DNA of 63,823 nucleotides, filler included. It is 5 parts of 5 records of this genome, joined end to end, with 100 filler letters (N's around TTAATTAATTAA, not from the genome) between each part and the next. Parts side by side here need not be neighbours in the genome. Positions count along the whole stretch, not along the records: positions 1 to 20,532 come from DRR378314_1341; positions 20,633 to 40,062 come from DRR378314_1345; 3 more parts are not named here. The stretch is one strand, 5' to 3'. The translations under genes were made by a program, and so were the position numbers. Under the pieces are notes generated by a model. The model worked only from the letters and a program-made list of their open reading frames with translations. It was not told where the DNA came from and did not search any database. Positions 11,234-22,283 of this stretch are shown here, piece after piece (the first letter of the stretch is position 1; each line of letters starts with the position of its first letter).

Positions 11234-13582
11234 CTACTCGCCCACGGCGCGACCGACAGAATGCTCCGTAAATGCCTTCTTGCCAAGTGCACGCTCCTCC
11301 TCGTCCACTTTTTCCCATGAAAATCGCGGAATCTCTTCATTGCGAAGAAAATGTTCAATATCGGATGGCGAGTCTATATACGTCAGACATCTGCGATGCT
11401 CTTGGCAGATTCCAAGAATATCTGCGAGCGGAATTTCAGGAATCCCAGCGCCGACCGCCCGACACGCCTTAGCACACCACGAGGGCCGGAAAGCAACGAC
11501 CTCGGCAGAGAGGGTGCTGCGGTACACATGGGAAAACTCCCCCACAGTTACCACGCGAAACTATGCAGAAAGATCATCTCCAAGTACCTTGTTCGTCGGC
11601 ACTCTGTAAAAGAATCAAACGTAAGGCTCGTGGGAATTTTTAGTGTGCCGGTCTTTCCCAGGGTGAGAAGCGTGTGGGATTGATTTTTTCAGCGGCAACT
11701 CGTTTGTGGACGTGCATGCGCACAATAGTCGCACACGATGCGCGCTTCGCTCGTGTCGCCATACCCTGGTACGGAAATACGGTTACTTAATGTACTTCTG
11801 AGATAATGTGTACCTAACACCAACCAGCACAGCAGCCAGAAGGTCGAGGATGGAGAGGGTAGTGTGCACACGCCGTACCAGAGCAAGACTGAACAACGCG
11901 CTCCCACGGGTCTCGGAAAGCCAGAATCGGCCGAACCGCACGACCCGCAAGCGGATCCGTGCTGCGTACAGTACCATGCGTGGTAACAGAGAACGAAGAC
12001 ATCATTGAGAAGGTTAACCAATTTATATCGCAAGTGATGTCGTTTGCGAAGCAGAGGTTTGCGCAATGGATCTGCGTGTGGACGAATGTGGTAGCCGGCA
12101 GCTCGCGCGTAACAGCGAAGATCAATAGCGACGAGCAGAGCAGAGATGTCTGCGCTTCACCGATTCAAAACGTACGTCGCGACATTCCAAGCTAGTACAA
12201 GCTCTCCCAGCGTTCCAACCGTTCCTGCATTTGTACATGTACCCACCAATCGTGACGAATGCTTAGAGCGTACCAAATTACATGTAAAGAGGTAGTAATT
12301 TACGCAGCGGCATAAACAATACGCATACTGGAGCGAGAAGGGAGCAATCTCGTCGGCGAGTGACGGCAACACTCCCGTGCGCGGCGGATACAAACACTCT
12401 ACACGAAACTCTGATCCGCTCATGAGCAAATGCACGAGAAAGAAACGTCGAGTACCGATCGCGTGTGAAAAATTCACCAAAGGTAAATGTACAGCAACGC
12501 AGCGCACCTGGAAGAGCAATCACGAAGTCCGCTCGACAAAGTCTCTCAATACGCGCGTGCAGATTTGTGGTCGGAACCTGCATCGCGGCAGTGAGGTGGG
12601 TGTTGCAGCCCGTGTATGTAACCGCTGCACATTGCATGATAAGGATGCACTCCCTTTTAAATACCGCAATGACATCCACCGTCTGTCATCGGCGACATTA
12701 GCAACGTACACGCGGACAGAAGCCGTGGATATGCAACCGAGTGTCGCTCTGCTTCCGAAAGGAGCCGTGCCCAGTGCGCCGAGCAGTCGCTTCGCAATTC
12801 TTTAGTCCAGCGAGAGACATGCACACCTTACCGTGTACCACTGGTGTGCGAGGAGTACACATGGCACGAATGCGCATAGAGCAAGAGACTATCGTAATAT
12901 AGTGAACAGGAATAGCTCAACAGTTGCGTACCTCGCAGTGCACATGGGCATTTGGCTCTTTCCAGTACGGAAACACCGGTGGGCATGTTATCGCTCGCAC
13001 CAAACCGCCTTCCGCAGCAGCACCTGCCGAAACAGCCTCCATTGACCTGCCCATGGAACACGTGCAGCAGTGTATCGAAGCTGTCATTAAAGGACATTGC
13101 CCTGTCACGAGACGATCGAGCCGTCTTTCTGCGGAACGGGCGGGTTTCTTGTCCAGCGAAGGTGACGCACATTTGGAGAGGACGGGCGAACCGGTTTTGC
13201 CCCCTGAGTCAGCGCAGTATGTCCTTGTGACTCCGCGCAGCCCTCGTCACCGCCCACCAAACTCGATGGTCACTCACGCGAAGGAAGCTACCTACTCCGT
13301 GTCTTGATCGCGCGAACGATGATCGAATGGCATTTTCTTTACTTGACAGAGAGGCTCTTCTAATGTAGTTCTCATTCACCACAACAGGGCATACTCGCAG
13401 CATCGCGCTCCAAGGTCGCAGCACCTTGCCACGTACCCGTGGTTGCCCCCCGTTTGGACCTCGCACCCTGCACGTCCCAATGCCCGCCCGACCTCTTCAG
13501 CTTGTCGCCATTGCGGATCACCCGGCTGTGAGCGGGAGGAACCAAATACGCTTGCAACGAGTGGTCGTTTCTCAGCACTCAT
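11234..13582 (-). CDS. LOG/SLOG-family nucleotide phosphoribohydrolase ('lysine decarboxylase-like'), six exons, 216 aa
   Basis: complement(join(13437..13582,12932..13046,12508..12577,12176..12224,11879..11961,11234..11421)), 651 nt, all introns GT-AG with consistent phases. Reads VFGSSRSQPGDPQWRQAEEVGRALGRAGCEVQTGGNHGSMEAVSAGA...LHARIERLCRADFVIALPGTVGTLGELVLAW...YIDSP. Confidence 0.88.
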
Positions 13583-15695
13583 CGCTCCCTGTCTGCGACA
13601 AAGCGCTGGTCGCACGCACCCGCACCCACCTATGAGCACAAGAGAGCGGGCAAAGGGCAGGCACTTGCCGTCCACTTCCGTCCGTGACAGTGTTGTCCTG
13701 CGGTCCCATTCATTGCATTCCCTACCCCTCACTGCGGAATCTATTTCCGCGGTGGATGTACACTGTGCACGTGCGCGAAGGTGTGCTACTGGGAGGAGAG
13801 CACCACGCGGCGCACCGTTTGCTTAATCTCGTAGGAAACGCAGGGGAAGCCGTCGAAGTCACGCATACTGCGCAGCCGGCCAGAGCATCGGCGCTGCTCT
13901 CACCTTGCCCTATCACCTACTGTGCGTTTTATACATCCGTACGCATATCGTGATGCTGGGGCGCATCGGCATCCCTCACCGCAGCCGCAGGTAGTGCGGC
14001 GGCGTGCTAGGCGTCCGGAGCACCGGGTAGGCCGGGGAGGCGTGAGCCAGTTTGCTACTGTGCGACCAGGCAGTGCCCGCACCCTCCCCCCTTTCCCACG
14101 CCCACTTCTGCACCGCAGCTATCCTCTCTCGCCGCTAAGTCTTTCCACAAAGATATCATAGACAAGGCACACTGCGTCGTGCATAGCCAGAGCATGGGCT
14201 CGGGTAGTGCGTGCCCATATTGCGAAAGAACAGCAAGGCACGCTGGTTTCTGTGCCGAGCCAACGTACAAGCTGGTTCCGCGATAATGTACGCGGAAGCT
14301 GATGGTAGCATAGCATCTGGTGCAGCGCTGCGTATCCCACCCCGCCACACGCAACGCTCTCGAACCCCCAATAATGTCATAGGACTGTACGCCACAGTGG
14401 TTAAGCTAATACGAAGCAATCGAAATCGCTGTACCAACGCCAACTCGCTTGCTGCCGAAACCGCCCCCCCCCAAAGCGCCGGAGGGCAACTCGTTTTAGG
14501 CGTCGGCGGACGACTTTGGTCCGTTACCACGCGCGAAGACCCCACGCCATACGCTTGATTTATTTCGGAGTACTTGACAAGCGACAAGTCATCGCTTGAA
14601 AGTTCAATAATTCCAGCAGAGTAAATAACGGGAGTCCCGAATATCGCTGCTACGAATACAACGGCAGTGCGATACCCGCGTGCGCAGACCGCACGATTTG
14701 CCGCTACGGCATTCAGAACCGTGGCAAACCGGCAATCGCGCCCGGCAGACGTACGTCAGATGACATGCATACTCGCCTTTTAGGCCTGTGCACTCGCCTG
14801 ACAGCGTACGGATAGCAGGCCGAAGGGCGCGCCAGGCGCTGATAGCTGGACGGGACCGCCAAACCGTGCGTGCAGCCTAAAGCATCGTACACAGGCTAAG
14901 CGCTCAATGCGCAATGTTCACTGAGCTCAAGCGACATCGATTGATCAAGGTGCCAAAGGCGACCGCAAAATGCTGCGAGTTTCCCTTTGAACCTTGCACG
15001 AGTGAGCACGTGATTTAAGGAAGGATGCACTAGGTTCATCCCCGGCCCAGAAGTACACACTGTCGGCCCCACTGATGCACTGCGAAAGCACCTGGTTTAG
15101 GCGCTATCGTAAGCCGACCAAGAAGAGCAGCATCACGATAAAACAAAACGGATGATATATACAGCTCGTTGCGTGCATAAATACACGGCTTGGAATCTCC
15201 TGTGCAAAGGCGCACTTCCTGGCAACTGATGTTGCATCGAGGAGCCGATGGAATTTCGTCGACTGCGCAAGAAGAGCTCCCAAGAAACCGCACGAGGCGT
15301 ATACTCCCAACTTTATCGTCCCTGTGTGTGCGCGCTTAGCGCGAATTGCGGTTACTTACAACCATGCCAGCGCTACAGCTCGTACTTTATACACGTTCCA
15401 TGCATCTGTGGTAGACCCGGCCCCCCTTTAGAGAAATCTGATACATCTCCTCTGCGGCAAAGATTGCGCGCCGCACGCGCAAAGCGGCACGGGTATCCTC
15501 GCCAACTTTCAGAACCGCTTCGCAAGGAAATAGGCGACGCATCAAAGCACGCAAAACCACCCTCCCCCCGAAGAAAAGACCGAGCGACGATGAATCTGGA
15601 GGAAACAACCCAGTATTTTCCAGATCACAACATTTTTTACAACACAAGAAGAGTGCTCGAGTGCATAGCGTGGAGCAGCACATCGGCTGCGCCTG

Positions 15696-18449
15696 TTAGT
15701 CGCGGCGCATCTCTTCAGCCTCGCCCGGTTCGGGATGCGCGCTCCGCTGATCAGCAGCAGGCTCCTCAGGCGGGGACCCCGGCTGCTGCACGTGTGATAA
15801 GTACTGCGAGGCAAATGCAGTGAGCTGCACCTTGCACTCAATGAGGTCCGAGATATCTTCTGGGAAAAGGAGCTCTGAGGAGACCACCTGCGCCCACTGC
15901 GGTTTGGCACGCTGCGTGCTCTCCAACGCGCACATTACCGCTGCGGCAGCTACCACGCGAGCCGCGTACCGCACAAACACGGGGGCGCGATACGATGCTT
16001 TGAGAAACCACTCACACGCGCTCGGAAACGAGACCCCGTTCGTGGTCTCCGGCGTTCCGGGAAACTTGGCCCAGAGCCAAGGTAGAAATGCGTACGGCGA
16101 GCGAGCGCTGCTGTCGCCCAGCGCTGCCGTCATATCGTCCACAAGTCGCCAGACATCCTCCACCGAACGACGGCAGCGACACACGGATGCAAGAACAGTT
16201 GCGGGGTAGTATCGCATCTCAACGTCACGCACGGCACACACTAGCGCAGCTACAACGCACGCATCTAAAAAGCTAGGGTCGATCGCAACAATGTTGCAGA
16301 ACACGTCGAAATGGCGCACAGCATACGAAAGAGTCCCTTTCGAAAGACAGAGATTCGCGACAGCATCAACAAGGCGTTCAACGTGCTCATTGCGCAGCGG
16401 GTTCCCTGTTGCCGATACGTCTGCATTCTCGTCTCCAAACCAGACCGCGCGCCCGTCTGCATCTGCGCGATACTTTCTGCAGAGAAGGTCGACTTGCTTG
16501 CTTACGAGGGAAGACGAAAGGCCGTGCGAAAGGTCCCAGTATGGTTGGCGCTCGGCAGCGCGCGAGGAAACGGGCGCTGCCGCCCGGTGCTGCCGCTCGC
16601 CTGTGCGCCGCTCGTGCTCAACCCACGACGGCAAGCTGCAGCACTGCTCTCGGCCACATTCACGCGCGTCTGCAGAGGGTGCCGATACGTCTACATCCCT
16701 GTACGAATGCGCCAGCCCCATTTCCGTGGAAAATCTCTCGTGGTTGGAAACGTATCGCTGCGTCGACGAGCTGGCCAGCGGGGCCATCGTGTCCGTAGCA
16801 GGCACTCTGCGTGCGGCGTTAAGGTCAGCACGGCGCCCGTCTCCAGCTCGCTGCGGGAACACGCGATCCACCCGCTGGCGCCGGAGGGCGTACATGGGCT
16901 CTTCGATAGAAAGGCCATGCGCGGCTATAGATACCCGACGAGCTGCAGATCTGTATGAAGCAGTCGATACCTGTCCTGTCCCATCGAAATGAAGATGCTG
17001 CAGCGAAACCAAGTTGCGCAATGCCGACCGGATGCCAGAGTCGGTCACACGCGAGCATCGCCCGACATCCAAACTGCGCATCCTCGGGAAGCGCTTCGCA
17101 AACTGCAGCATCGAGTGGTTAGAAATCCGACAGCCGCGCACGTCGAGAACCTCCAGAGTTGGAATGATTTCGCTTCCGTAAAACGCTGCATCGTTCACAC
17201 GCTTGCATCCGCGTGCGCAAAAAACGCGCAGCTTTTCGCACAATTGGAAGACCTTGAACACAAAATCACTCGTGGCAAGGAGACGGCTGTAGCTTACGTC
17301 GACACGCTCGACCGTCGATGGCGAGCTAAACAGCCGCTGCGCACACAACGGCCGAAGGTTATTGCAGCTGATGATCGAAATACTGCGCAACGGGTGCTGC
17401 ACGCTGAGAACATCCTCCAGCGTCTCATCCGCCATAAGGTGTAGCCCTGCAAGTTCAACCGTGTGTAGTCGCGTCGACGCGATTCTCCGCTCGTTTCGAA
17501 TCCACGGTACAACCTTGACGCACCCCTAAAAATAACAGAACAGCGCAGTGCGCACCGACAATAACGATTAGTAAGCAGACATCAACTTGAACATGTAACA
17601 GATGAAACCACGGATAGTGCGGGAAGCGAAACGAAAATCGATTCCCGGCGGAAAAATAAAAGAGGATGCCGCGGGAGGAAACAGACCGAGCTGACAACGA
17701 GGCAGCAAGCGGGCGGAGAATGGTGCGGGTCAGCTCGCAGCGTTCTTGCACCAAGACGAATGTACGGCGAACCCACGGTTTCTGCCCACCGCTGGTTTCG
17801 CCCGCACAGTTGCACTTGTGTTTCACCGGATTTGATCGCTCCCCAAAGAAGCTTTGACTCATCAGACTCGTACCCGGAGAACAAGATGCTCCAGTGCTTC
17901 GTTTTCAAGAAGGCGATCCACGGTTTCCTGCTCGAGGTTCGGGCAGTCTTCGAAGCACAGAGTTTCGAGCGCGGGAGGCACAAACACTGCGCCCCGCAGA
18001 AAATTCGCCACTCGCTCCGTTTGCGCGACTCGTATATGGCGAAGCTCTGAACAGCATTCCAGTACAGTAGATATCGCCTCGTCGTCGACGCTGTGGCAGC
18101 CAAAGAGATTCAGCGACGTGACTTTGCTACAAGCGGGCGCCACAGACCGTACCGTCCCTGACGTCACCAACGGGAAGCCTTCGAAACTCAAGTGGCGCAT
18201 CTGCTCCATACACGCCTGCGCTGTGTTCCTCCATTCGCGGCACACGAGCGGCACGGATCCTACCAACGTCTTACTGTCAATCAAAGAAAAAATGTGCAAC
18301 ATCACTTCTTTCGGAAGAAGTTCAAAGGAAGAATGCGAGGTGCATGGCGCACACGCGCGCCGCGCTCGTTTTGACCTGCGCGTTCCGGGCGCACCGGCGC
18401 GACGAGGTGAGCGGCGCCGTTCCCCTTGGCTGCGACCGTCGGTGCTCAT
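15696..18449 (-). CDS. F-box + leucine-rich repeat + C-terminal cyclin-fold protein, two exons, 801 aa
   Basis: complement(join(17874..18449,15696..17525)). Donor cgg|gtacga and acceptor tttttag|ggg give LEHLVLR|GCVKV, continuing the LRR. F-box LLPKEVMLHIFSLIDSKTL...VCREW; Cys-containing LRRs (LDVRGCRISN, LDVGRCSRVTD); cyclin box-like LRNEHVERLVDAVANLCLSKGTLSYAVRHFDVF. Confidence 0.82.
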
Positions 18450-18545
18450 GGGACTACTTCGCGACCACCTCGGGCCCTGCTGTGGTTATTCGAAAGCCGA
18501 TCAATCGAAGGAAAGCACGTTCTTCAGTTCATAAGCAGGTGTTCC

Positions 18546-20016
18546 ATGCGCCGCATACTACGAGAGGACGCACGGGATCGAAGCGCAATACTACACAGAA
18601 ATGAGCACGTAGCGCACAGCCCCTTCGCCCTGCCTGCCCTCTTCCAAGAGCGAAACAAAGACTCCACTCTATTGCGACCTGATAATCAGCGCGCTGCTAC
18701 GTCAATCCGTGATGCTCCGAAAACAAATACACTTGGCACGCTCTTCGTGACTACAGAAAGCAAGGTGCTTGGTAGGGGGGCTCTTCCATTCCACCCGTGA
18801 AAGCTACGGCTGGGGAGTAGGGTGACGGTGCTTCTGGTAATCAAAACACGAACGTCGGCATGAACTTGCTGCCGCACTGCGGCGCAGCACCGCAGGTTGC
18901 GCAGTGCATCTGCGTTTGCTCGTATCCTGCAGCACCTCCCGCGCTCAACATCCCGACCGCAGTGCTCCGTACTGCACCCGACTTTTTCGAAACAAGTAAC
19001 GCTCATCTACAAGCAGTTCAATCGGTATTTCACTGAGATAATCTCTAGAGGAGCCTTACAGACTGGCATCGTCGGAACAGCTGACGTTCAGTGCGCAAGG
19101 CTTCGCCTCCTGCCGGGGAGTATGTCGGGCACGCCGCAGGACGGAGGTTCCCGCTCCGGTTCGCCGTCCGACGGCATTCCGTCCGAAATGTGAGTACACG
19201 GTTGAAGTCTCATGCTTTCTCTCATATAATGTGGCTGCACAGTTCGATTGATTGATGTGTGGTCTGCGCACGCTACTTAGAGCGGGTGCCTGTGGCTGCC
19301 TCGGTGCGTCGGCGCTACGGGAGTGGCGCGAGGAGCGTGCGCTGTTCTTCCTATCAGAAGGCCGCTGTCTCTGGTCCTTCTTTGCGGGTGCAATCGAGGC
19401 AAGCCGTGGCATAACTCGCACCGCGTAATTGTAGTGCTTCAAAACAACGCGTAATGCGATGCTCACCTTTTGGTTTTGCTGACCTCGCTGCAGGTCGCAG
19501 TTTGCCAGCGCTCTTGGCGGCACTGCGGAAACGCTCCAACAGTCCATTGCCGGCGCGTACGAGACAATGGCGTCGTCCCTGCAGCAGAGTATGGGCATGA
19601 TGAACAAAGTCAACGTGCTCATGGAAGAGTATCTCACACAGTCGCTCTTCATCGGTATGTGTTTCGGTTTTCATTGTGTTGGAATGCCGATGACCCGGCG
19701 AAGGTGTCACGCGCATCTGTGACTCCCAGAGGGCGTGCTGTATCCACCGAGCAAAACTCCGCGCGACTCCAGGTCGAGCGAGATGTGCTTGCAGTGACGC
19801 GCGTGTTCAGCAAGCGTGATCTCGTTCCCGCCCCCTTTTGTCGCTCACTGCGGTCGCTGCCGTGTACCATGATGTTTTGTATTACGTTGCAATGTAGAAT
19901 CATCTGTACGCGCAAGCGATTCGGACGCTTGTACGAAGATATCCGTAGTCCTCACAAACCGTGCACGTCTACCGCTCCATGGAATATCCGTCACCTTCAA
20001 GCTGCGGCACCCACAG
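18546..20016 (+). CDS. Multi-exon hypothetical protein, 3' partial
   Basis: Candidate exons 18546..18608, 18690..18771, 18997..19090, 19494..19654, 19898..20016 have GT donors, AG acceptors and mutually consistent phases, giving a stop-free protein (…IYKQFNRYFTEIISRGALQTG…MMNKVNVLMEEYLTQSLFIESSV…ISVVLTNRARLPLHGISVTF). Start and end uncertain. Confidence 0.55.
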
Positions 20017-20508
20017 GTACGGAAGAGACGGCGAGCGAGCGAGGCTGCTCTCCCCGCAGCTCTGCGATGTGGAGCTCACGGGAAAGGCAACTCCCTATTT
20101 TCGTTCGTCTGTAACACCTCATTGCATTCTTTAACTCGCCATACCGTAGGAGGAGGCGGAAATCGACTTGGAGAGCCTTGCGCTTTGGAGGGTGCGAGGG
20201 GCAGAGGCAGACATGTCACTCGCAGCCGGCGAAAGCGCCTCCGTCTTAGGTACGCCCTGCTCTCTCTCTCTCCCTATCTCGCCTTTCTCGCTGAACCGCC
20301 TCTGTTCTCGATTTCTTTCCACACATATGTTTGGTGGAGACGCATTGGGTAGTCACCTCAGTGTATTGGTGCGGTCGGCATCCGCATTCGTTGAAGTATA
20401 TTCGATCGCTAGGTGTGCGGAAGGCTCTATGCGTTCGCACGCAACGACGGCTTCAGAAGGTCACCAGCGGGATGCCATATCAGTGAGGGAGAAAGAGTGA
20501 GCAGAAAA

Positions 20509-20532
20509 GAGAGAGAGAGAGAGAGAGAGAGA
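20509..20532. repeat. (GA)n microsatellite at the contig 1 end
   Basis: Pure GA run ending at the N gap. Confidence 0.9.
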
Positions 20533-20632
20533 NNNNNNNNNNNNNNNNNNNNNNNNNNNNNNNNNNNNNNNNNNNNTTAATTAATTAANNNNNNNNNNNN
20601 NNNNNNNNNNNNNNNNNNNNNNNNNNNNNNNN
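20533..20632. other. Artificial contig linker (44N-TTAATTAATTAA-44N)
   Basis: Identical 100-nt structure four times; TTAATTAATTAA puts stops in all six frames. Confidence 0.98.
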
Positions 20633-20987
<355 letters not shown>

Positions 20988-21037
20988 TCGAGGATTGTCA
21001 GCATCTTGCTGGTAATATTTAAAGTATTGGATGAGCT

Positions 21038-22198
21038 ATGACTCCTGGTGCCAGAGTGGCTGCGGCCATTGAGGTTTTGCATGATATGTCCGAAGGATTG
21101 GCCGCCGAACAGGCGCTGACCCGTTGGGCGAGACGCAGCCGGTTTGCCGGGTCCAAGGATCGTGCGGCCATCCGCGATCATGTCTTTGATGTGTTGAGAT
21201 GCAAACGCACCGCGGCGCATTTCGGCCAAAGCAATACGCCCCGCGCTCTGCTGATCGGGATTTTGCGCCAGCAGGGCGCTGATTTGGACGCCTTGTTTTC
21301 TGGCATTGGCCATGCGCCCCAGCCCCTGAGTGAAGCAGAAGCTCAGGCACCGTTGCCGCCCGATGAGGAAGCCACCCTGTGGAACCTGCCGGATTGGTTG
21401 ATCCCGCTGTTCAAAGAAGCTTTGGGCGCGGAGGCCGGGACCGCGGCCATGGCATTGCAAGAACGTGCGCCGGTTTTCCTGCGGGTGAATATCGCAAAAA
21501 CTGATCGTGCAGCGGTGATTGCCCAGCTGGCAGGGGAAGGGATCATCGCAGAGGTGAATCCGCTTTGTGACACCGCGCTGAGCGTTACCGAAGGCGCGCG
21601 CAAGATCCGCAATTCCGCCTGTTACACCGAAGGGCTGGTCGAGTTGCAGGATGCGGCCAGTCAGGCGGTTGTGGCCACCCTGCCGACGGGTGCGAAACTG
21701 CTTGATTATTGTGCGGGTGGGGGTGGTAAGGCGCTTGCCGTGGCCGCGCAGCAGGGGCGGCAGGTCTTTGCCCATGACATTGATCCGCGCCGGATGGCGG
21801 ATTTATCCGTACGGGCGGAACGGGCAGGGGCTGCAGTGACCCAGTTGGACAGTGACGCGCTGCCTGGTGCTGCGCCTTTCGACGTTATCTTATGTGATGC
21901 ACCTTGTTCGGGGTCCGGCGCATGGCGGCGTGCGGCGGAAGGAAAATGGACGCTGACAGCAGCGCGGCTTGCTGAGTTGACTGCCATTCAGGACAGTATT
22001 CTAGACGAGGCGGCGGGTTTGCTTGGCGATCAGGGCACCTTGGCATATGCGACTTGTTCGCTGCTTCGGGAGGAAAATGAAGATCGGGTTGCGGCGTTTC
22101 TGGCCCGTCATCCCGGATGGCGTTGCAGCGAGCAGCATCGCTATGCGGTGGGGCCGGCGGGCGATGGATTCTTCGAGGCACACTTGATGCGTGATTGA
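21038..22198 (+). CDS. RsmB/NOP-family SAM-dependent RNA m5C methyltransferase
   Basis: ELQDAASQ, DYCAGGGGK, DAPCSGSG, YATCS, ENE motifs. Confidence 0.93.
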   Translation: MTPGARVAAAIEVLHDMSEGLAAEQALTRWARRSRFAGSKDRAAIRDHVFDVLRCKRTAAHFGQSNTPRALLIGILRQQGADLDALFSGIGHAPQPLSEAEAQAPLPPDEEATLWNLPDWLIPLFKEALGAEAGTAAMALQERAPVFLRVNIAKTDRAAVIAQLAGEGIIAEVNPLCDTALSVTEGARKIRNSACYTEGLVELQDAASQAVVATLPTGAKLLDYCAGGGGKALAVAAQQGRQVFAHDIDPRRMADLSVRAERAGAAVTQLDSDALPGAAPFDVILCDAPCSGSGAWRRAAEGKWTLTAARLAELTAIQDSILDEAAGLLGDQGTLAYATCSLLREENEDRVAAFLARHPGWRCSEQHRYAVGPAGDGFFEAHLMRD

Positions 22199-22239
22199 TT
22201 TTGTATATTTTCAATCATGACGTGCGATTCTAAACGCAG

Positions 22240-22255
22240 TTAAAGGCTGATTAAC
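22240..22255 (+). promoter_or_regulatory. CtrA-binding box upstream of cckA
   Basis: TTAA-aggctga-TTAAC is an exact TTAA-N7-TTAAC match, ~30 nt before cckA. Confidence 0.75.
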
Positions 22256-22283
22256 CCTTCGTGCGCGTAATAGGGGACGATTC

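Noticed and set aside
11100-11610. Alternative model with a 16-nt micro-exon and a GC-AG intron extending the 11234-11421 exon
   Set aside because: The simpler all-GT-AG LOG model explains the exon and ends at a stop; the extension has no support.
13900-15690. Possible further spliced minus-strand gene (fragments such as CNISCQE|CISG and AVVFVAAIFGTPVIY)
   Set aside because: I could not build a phase-consistent model or recognise a family, so it is left uncalled.
1-20532. Alternative genetic code in the eukaryote
   Set aside because: Long ORFs read in the standard code and end at TAA/TAG; interruptions are explained by GT-AG introns.
20577-20588. TTAATTAATTAA as a biological repeat or piggyBac TTAA target
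   Set aside because: Always centred in exactly 44+44 Ns; it is a six-frame stop spacer.
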